From an uncultured Porphyromonadaceae bacterium (GTDB taxonomy: Bacteria; Bacteroidota; Bacteroidia; Bacteroidales; UBA12481), in contig CAZEKJ010000014.1 of NCBI GenBank assembly GCA_964512915.1, positions 36,550-100,549 on the forward strand: a stretch of DNA of 64,000 nucleotides, written 5' to 3'. The stretch's first letter is position 1; each line of letters starts with the position of its first letter. Below the pieces are notes generated by a model. It did no database searches, was not told the DNA's origin, and saw only the letters and a list, made by a program, of their open reading frames with translations. This document shows positions 59,828 through 64,000 of this stretch, piece by piece. Made by a program: the position numbers and the translations under genes.

Positions 59828-61410
59828 AATAATTTGGATTCAAGGAATTTAGCAGTTGGTGTAGCAGCAAGGCCGCCGAGCGCGGTACAACGGAGGGAGT
59901 GGGGCATGCTATTCCCGACCTCCAGCATAGTCACAATTGTTTCATCAAGAGGAATGACCGGATCGAACCCGCCCAGGATCATATTGGCAGACGTGAGAGC
60001 GTTCCCTGCAGCGGCAGCATTTCGGCCTAGGCAGGGAATTTCAACCCTGTTTGCGACCGGGTCGCACACCAGTCCCATAATGTTTTGCAAAGCCAGGGAT
60101 GCCGCATCAAGGGCTTCCTGTGCGGTTCCGCCTGCCATCTCAACGAGTCCGGCCGCTGCCATAGCAGCCCCGGCACCCGTCTCAGCCTGGCAGCCGGCAA
60201 CTTCTGCAGCAAAGGTTGCCTTCTGAGTGATAAAAACCCCGATAAGACCGGCAGCCCAAAACCCTCTGCATAATATATCATCATCCAGCTGGTTTTCATC
60301 GGAAAGGCCTATCAGGCAGCCAGGCAGACCGCCGCAGGATCCGGCAGTGGGCGCAGCAATTATTACCCCCATACTGCTTTTCATTTCCATCAGCGCGCAG
60401 GAATAGGCAATCATCCGGTTCAGAGGTCCGGCAGGCAGAAGTCTGCCTTCCTTCATTCTCGACATGAATTCCGGAACCTGGGATCCAATCAGGCGGTCGT
60501 GGTATTCGGTTCCTGTTAGTCCCTGCTGAATGGATTTCTTCCAGACTGCCATCAGGTTTTTCATCATGCCGTCAGCAATATCACGGGCAAAACCTGATCG
60601 CGCCGTTTCATATAGCAGTCCGAGTTCTCCCAGGGACTTCTTTAATAGTTCCGGGTTATTCACTAACGTGGGTAATCCATCAAAGGGGAGAACAGCACCG
60701 GCATTTGAGGCAATGGGCAGCACCGGTCTGATCAGTCGGGTGAAACCGTTCCGGGCCTTGCAGACCTGCAAGGCAGATTCAGCGCCGGATTCATCAGAAA
60801 AACAGAAAACGAGAGCTGTATCCTGATTCTTATCAGACTTTGAAAACCGAATAAAACCGGGCATTGATTGAATTACATCAACAAGACGAGCTGTATCAGA
60901 TTCAGAATGAGCACTTTCTGGCAAAGTAAAAACTACGGATTCATCTCCTTCCAGTAACAGTGTAAAACCTTCCATTTCAGTGAATCTGAACATCCCTCCA
61001 CCGGTAGATTCAGCCCGGGCTGTGAGGCGGGTACCATCCTCCAGGGTCAATGTGCATTTGTATGTATTCGGATGTGTGGCAGGGTAATCAGCGACTAAAA
61101 AGGACAACTCCAGTCCAGCCTCCTTTGCTTTTTCCAGGGAAGATGGCATTAGCTCGTTAAGTATATCCATTCCGATCAAGCCTGCTGCCAGGCCGATATC
61201 AGAACCCTGGGTTCTGTGGGTGGATGCCAGGGATCCTCCGGGGTGAAATTCAAACAGGGCATGTATCAAACCGGGTCCGGCCAGATCCCTAAGCATGAGA
61301 CCGATACGATGGGAAGCCGCGGTATGGGAACTCGAGGGTCCCCGCATCACCGGTCCCAGTACATCGTTAAAAATACTTGGCGCACTTGCATTTACATTCG
61401 ACTCAGTCAT
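59821..61410 (-). CDS. Fe-S-dependent L-serine dehydratase, fused beta+alpha subunits
   Basis: Beta-part 'GPVMRGPSSSHTA'; alpha-part 'APTAGSCG', 'GCQAE', 'GLVCDPV...VEIPC..RN', 'GGLAAT'. Confidence 0.88.
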   Translation of the reverse strand: MTESNVNASAPSIFNDVLGPVMRGPSSSHTAASHRIGLMLRDLAGPGLIHALFEFHPGGSLASTHRTQGSDIGLAAGLIGMDILNELMPSSLEKAKEAGLELSFLVADYPATHPNTYKCTLTLEDGTRLTARAESTGGGMFRFTEMEGFTLLLEGDESVVFTLPESAHSESDTARLVDVIQSMPGFIRFSKSDKNQDTALVFCFSDESGAESALQVCKARNGFTRLIRPVLPIASNAGAVLPFDGLPTLVNNPELLKKSLGELGLLYETARSGFARDIADGMMKNLMAVWKKSIQQGLTGTEYHDRLIGSQVPEFMSRMKEGRLLPAGPLNRMIAYSCALMEMKSSMGVIIAAPTAGSCGGLPGCLIGLSDENQLDDDILCRGFWAAGLIGVFITQKATFAAEVAGCQAETGAGAAMAAAGLVEMAGGTAQEALDAASLALQNIMGLVCDPVANRVEIPCLGRNAAAAGNALTSANMILGGFDPVIPLDETIVTMLEVGNSMPHSLRCTALGGLAATPTAKFLESKLLC

Positions 61411-61487
61411 CAAAACGTTTGTTTGGGCTGGTATCAGCTATTAAATGAATGCCTAACTTAAACCTAATATTTATAAATACAATAGCC

Positions 61488-63422
61488 ATGAAAAATTTTA
61501 CTCTCGTTGTTAGCATGCTCTGCTTTTGGCTGGCTGCACCTGCACAGACCACCAAACCAGGGCAGCAGCCCCCCCCTAATACCGGCCGGTGGGCGGCTGA
61601 TGGTGCAATCAGGCAGGAGACCTCCAAATTTAAAGGAGGGGGTGAAGCCTTCTGGACTGAGGAATTCAATTGGGCAAGCACAACTGGTGAGCTTGGCTGG
61701 CTGCTGCCGGCCGGATGGGTGATCGAGGATCCTTCTGACCTGGGATACAACTGGCATTGGGCAATCGACACGCTGAAAGGTGTTTATACCAATGAACCCC
61801 CGATAAACTCAACCTCAAAGGCAAATGGATTTCTGGCGCTGAATGCGGATGGATATAACCAGGACCTTGGTCATTATGATAATTATCTGGCAGTTAACAG
61901 TTCACTCGTAAGTCCACCGATCAATTGCACCGGCCACCCGTCTGTGCTGGTCAGGATTGAGCAGAACTTCAGGTACTGGTCAAACTCAGTCATGCTTTTT
62001 GAAGTGACCAATGACAATGGGGTACACTGGGCTTCATTTGACATGAAAATGGGCACTAAGGTGAGTGAGCGGGTTGGAGGAATCAAAGCTGGCGAAAAAG
62101 TAGACCTCTACCTCAATCTAACTGATGTTGCTGCAAACATGCCGAACGTTCAGTTCAAAATCACCTGGCGGGATGCCAAGCTCTACTACTGGATGATTGA
62201 TGATATCACGTTTCTCGAAGGGTTTGATGATGATCTCCAGCTGGTTTACAGCGAGGCTGATTATGACAACGGGACCGAGGATGCAGAAGGGTTCTTTTAT
62301 GGGCTTCCGAAAACACAACTATCAGGATTTGACTTTACAGGAATCATCAAGAATTTTGGAAACATTGAGCAGTGGGGCACTAAGTTTAATGTTCAGGTTA
62401 CCAAGAATAACCAGATAATTTACAACGAATCTACCCCTTCGTATACCCTGTATCCGGGAATTACCGACACTTTTAAAATTCCCACGCAGTTTATACCCAC
62501 AGATTTTGGACATTACAAGGTTGATTTCGAGGCCAAAGCCGAATTGCCCGACATGGTGCCCGGTGATAACAAGGCATCGGCTCTATTCATGGTTACGGAC
62601 AGTATGTTCTCCAGATGTGATGATGTACCTGAGGTGACTTTTTCTACCTGGGAGTGGTATACGGTACCTCATGAGGGGGACCTCATGGGCACCTGGTATC
62701 GGATCAAGAATCCCATCGAAGTGAGCAGCATATCGGTTTATATTAGCAGCGCTGATATACAGAGCAGTTTCCGCCTGGTTCTTCTGGGATACAATGAAGA
62801 AACGCAAAGCCCGGTTGAGCTGCTTGGAAGTGAGCTGATCTCAATGGATTCAACCATTCTAAAAAATCATTGGGTTACCTTGCCGCTCCAGAAAGATGGG
62901 GAAGGTGAGTTCCTGGAGGCTGGCAAAAGCTACATGGCGGCAATAGAGTTTTGGAACAACATGGATTTCGAAGCTGCCTATGCATCCAAAAGGTATGCAC
63001 TTGGATCTGACAGAAGCAATTACTTCCCGGCCAACACCTGCTGGTACTTTTTTACCAATGATGATGAGTGGTACTCAACAGATGAAGACTTGTTCATGAT
63101 CCGGTTGAACCTCAATGACCATTCCAACCTGATTGACGGAATTTCAGATCCACAGAACGGTGGGGTTCAATTGAACCAAAATTTCCCGAATCCGTTCACA
63201 GAAGAAACCACGATCGGATTTACACTGGCAAATCCATCAGAGGTTAACCTGATAATCAAGGATATATCGGGCAGAACTGTGAGTGTACGGAACTTTGGGA
63301 ATAAACCTTCAGGGGAGAATAGAATTGTAATTAAAGGCAACGAACTGGAGCCCGGCAATTACTTCTATACCTTGCAAACCCGCGATTTCAATAAAACACT
63401 AAAGATGACGGTGGTCCGTTAA
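61488..63422 (+). CDS. T9SS-secreted protein of unknown function (beta-sandwich/adhesin-like domains)
   Basis: Signal peptide; 'LVSPPINC...' and 'VTNDNGVHW'; CTD 'LNQNFPNPF...GNYFYTL...KMTVVR'. Confidence 0.8.
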   Translation: MKNFTLVVSMLCFWLAAPAQTTKPGQQPPPNTGRWAADGAIRQETSKFKGGGEAFWTEEFNWASTTGELGWLLPAGWVIEDPSDLGYNWHWAIDTLKGVYTNEPPINSTSKANGFLALNADGYNQDLGHYDNYLAVNSSLVSPPINCTGHPSVLVRIEQNFRYWSNSVMLFEVTNDNGVHWASFDMKMGTKVSERVGGIKAGEKVDLYLNLTDVAANMPNVQFKITWRDAKLYYWMIDDITFLEGFDDDLQLVYSEADYDNGTEDAEGFFYGLPKTQLSGFDFTGIIKNFGNIEQWGTKFNVQVTKNNQIIYNESTPSYTLYPGITDTFKIPTQFIPTDFGHYKVDFEAKAELPDMVPGDNKASALFMVTDSMFSRCDDVPEVTFSTWEWYTVPHEGDLMGTWYRIKNPIEVSSISVYISSADIQSSFRLVLLGYNEETQSPVELLGSELISMDSTILKNHWVTLPLQKDGEGEFLEAGKSYMAAIEFWNNMDFEAAYASKRYALGSDRSNYFPANTCWYFFTNDDEWYSTDEDLFMIRLNLNDHSNLIDGISDPQNGGVQLNQNFPNPFTEETTIGFTLANPSEVNLIIKDISGRTVSVRNFGNKPSGENRIVIKGNELEPGNYFYTLQTRDFNKTLKMTVVR

Positions 63423-63427
63423 AAAAG

Positions 63428-63456
63428 AAGCCGGTCCTCAGGGCCGGCTTTTTTTT
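63428..63456. terminator. Bidirectional intrinsic terminator
   Basis: AAGCCGGTCC-TCA-GGGCCGGCTTTTTTTT, with an A tract upstream. Confidence 0.78.
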
Positions 63457-63976
63457 ATTTCATCAGTTCCGCAATTTTCTTTTTTAGTCCGTCAAACTCG
63501 GCCTCATCGTATAGACGCGTCAGGTATACCATTTTCCCGTCCCGGTCAATCAGGATATTCCGTGTAACCCCGGCCGCCTTATCTGCAAAAAGGGTGAATA
63601 TCCCGGAATCTTCATCCAAGACCAGCGGATAGGTGATCTTCATCTGGCTGGTAAACTCCTTCACCTTTTCCAGCGTTTCACCCCGATCAATTCCGAACAA
63701 CTGCAACCCCTTGTCTTTGTATACATTCCAGATATCCCTCTCGATAAAGGGCATCTCCTTGCGGCACACTCCACACCAGCTGGCGGTAAACTGAAGCATG
63801 ACAACCTTGCCTCTTAAATCCTTAATATCCATCACCTTACCATCCTGAAATTTAAGTTTGAAATCAGGAACGGTCTGACCGACTTTTACAATGTAGCCTC
63901 TTTCATCAACCGTCTGACTGACAGCTGGCAAGGTAAGAAACAGGCAGACCAAGGGAAGCAGAAGAAATCTTTTCAT
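63455..63976 (-). CDS. Exported TlpA-family thiol-disulfide oxidoreductase
   Basis: Signal peptide; 'FTASWCGVCRKEMP' CxxC; 'VTRNILIDRDG'. Confidence 0.9.
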   Translation of the reverse strand: MKRFLLLPLVCLFLTLPAVSQTVDERGYIVKVGQTVPDFKLKFQDGKVMDIKDLRGKVVMLQFTASWCGVCRKEMPFIERDIWNVYKDKGLQLFGIDRGETLEKVKEFTSQMKITYPLVLDEDSGIFTLFADKAAGVTRNILIDRDGKMVYLTRLYDEAEFDGLKKKIAELMK

Positions 63977-64000
63977 AGCTATCGATTTAAGGACTTAAAG

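Overview
A 64-kb stretch of core chromosome from a Bacteroidota (Bacteroidia/Bacteroidales-like) bacterium. The assignment rests on TAnnTTTG promoters, T9SS cargo proteins and the ligA-DUF-dapA and argS-ffh-folD gene orders. About 51 CDS are present, mostly housekeeping: lptD (partial), ridA, rpsF-rpsR-rplI, dnaX, secA, dapA, ligA, argS, ffh, folD, ggt, pyrD, eno and truC. Other loci are a cobalamin riboswitch controlling btuB-btuG, an acn-icd-gltA-mdh operon whose first three enzymes are of the eukaryote/mitochondrial sequence type, a divergent pta-'hbd'-ackA-ptb-buk operon, and one tRNA-Gly(CCC). I found no integrase, transposase, phage gene or CRISPR array. The most unusual elements are: (i) a ~770-bp very AT-rich, motif-dense non-coding region between tRNA-Gly and an apparently leaderless XRE-HTH gene; (ii) a 3-hydroxyacyl-CoA dehydrogenase-like protein with altered active-site residues between pta and ackA; (iii) strong Shine-Dalgarno sequences at rpsR and rplI in a largely SD-free genome; (iv) a fused serine dehydratase coupled to an ornithine-cyclodeaminase-family gene; (v) a secreted disordered-region plus OB-fold protein preceded by a LytTR-style 9-bp/21-bp-period direct repeat; and (vi) an uncharacterised protein built from an internal duplication. 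All family assignments come from motif recognition by eye; no database searches were run. Some starts were moved from the ORF track where promoter or signal-peptide evidence favoured a downstream codon.
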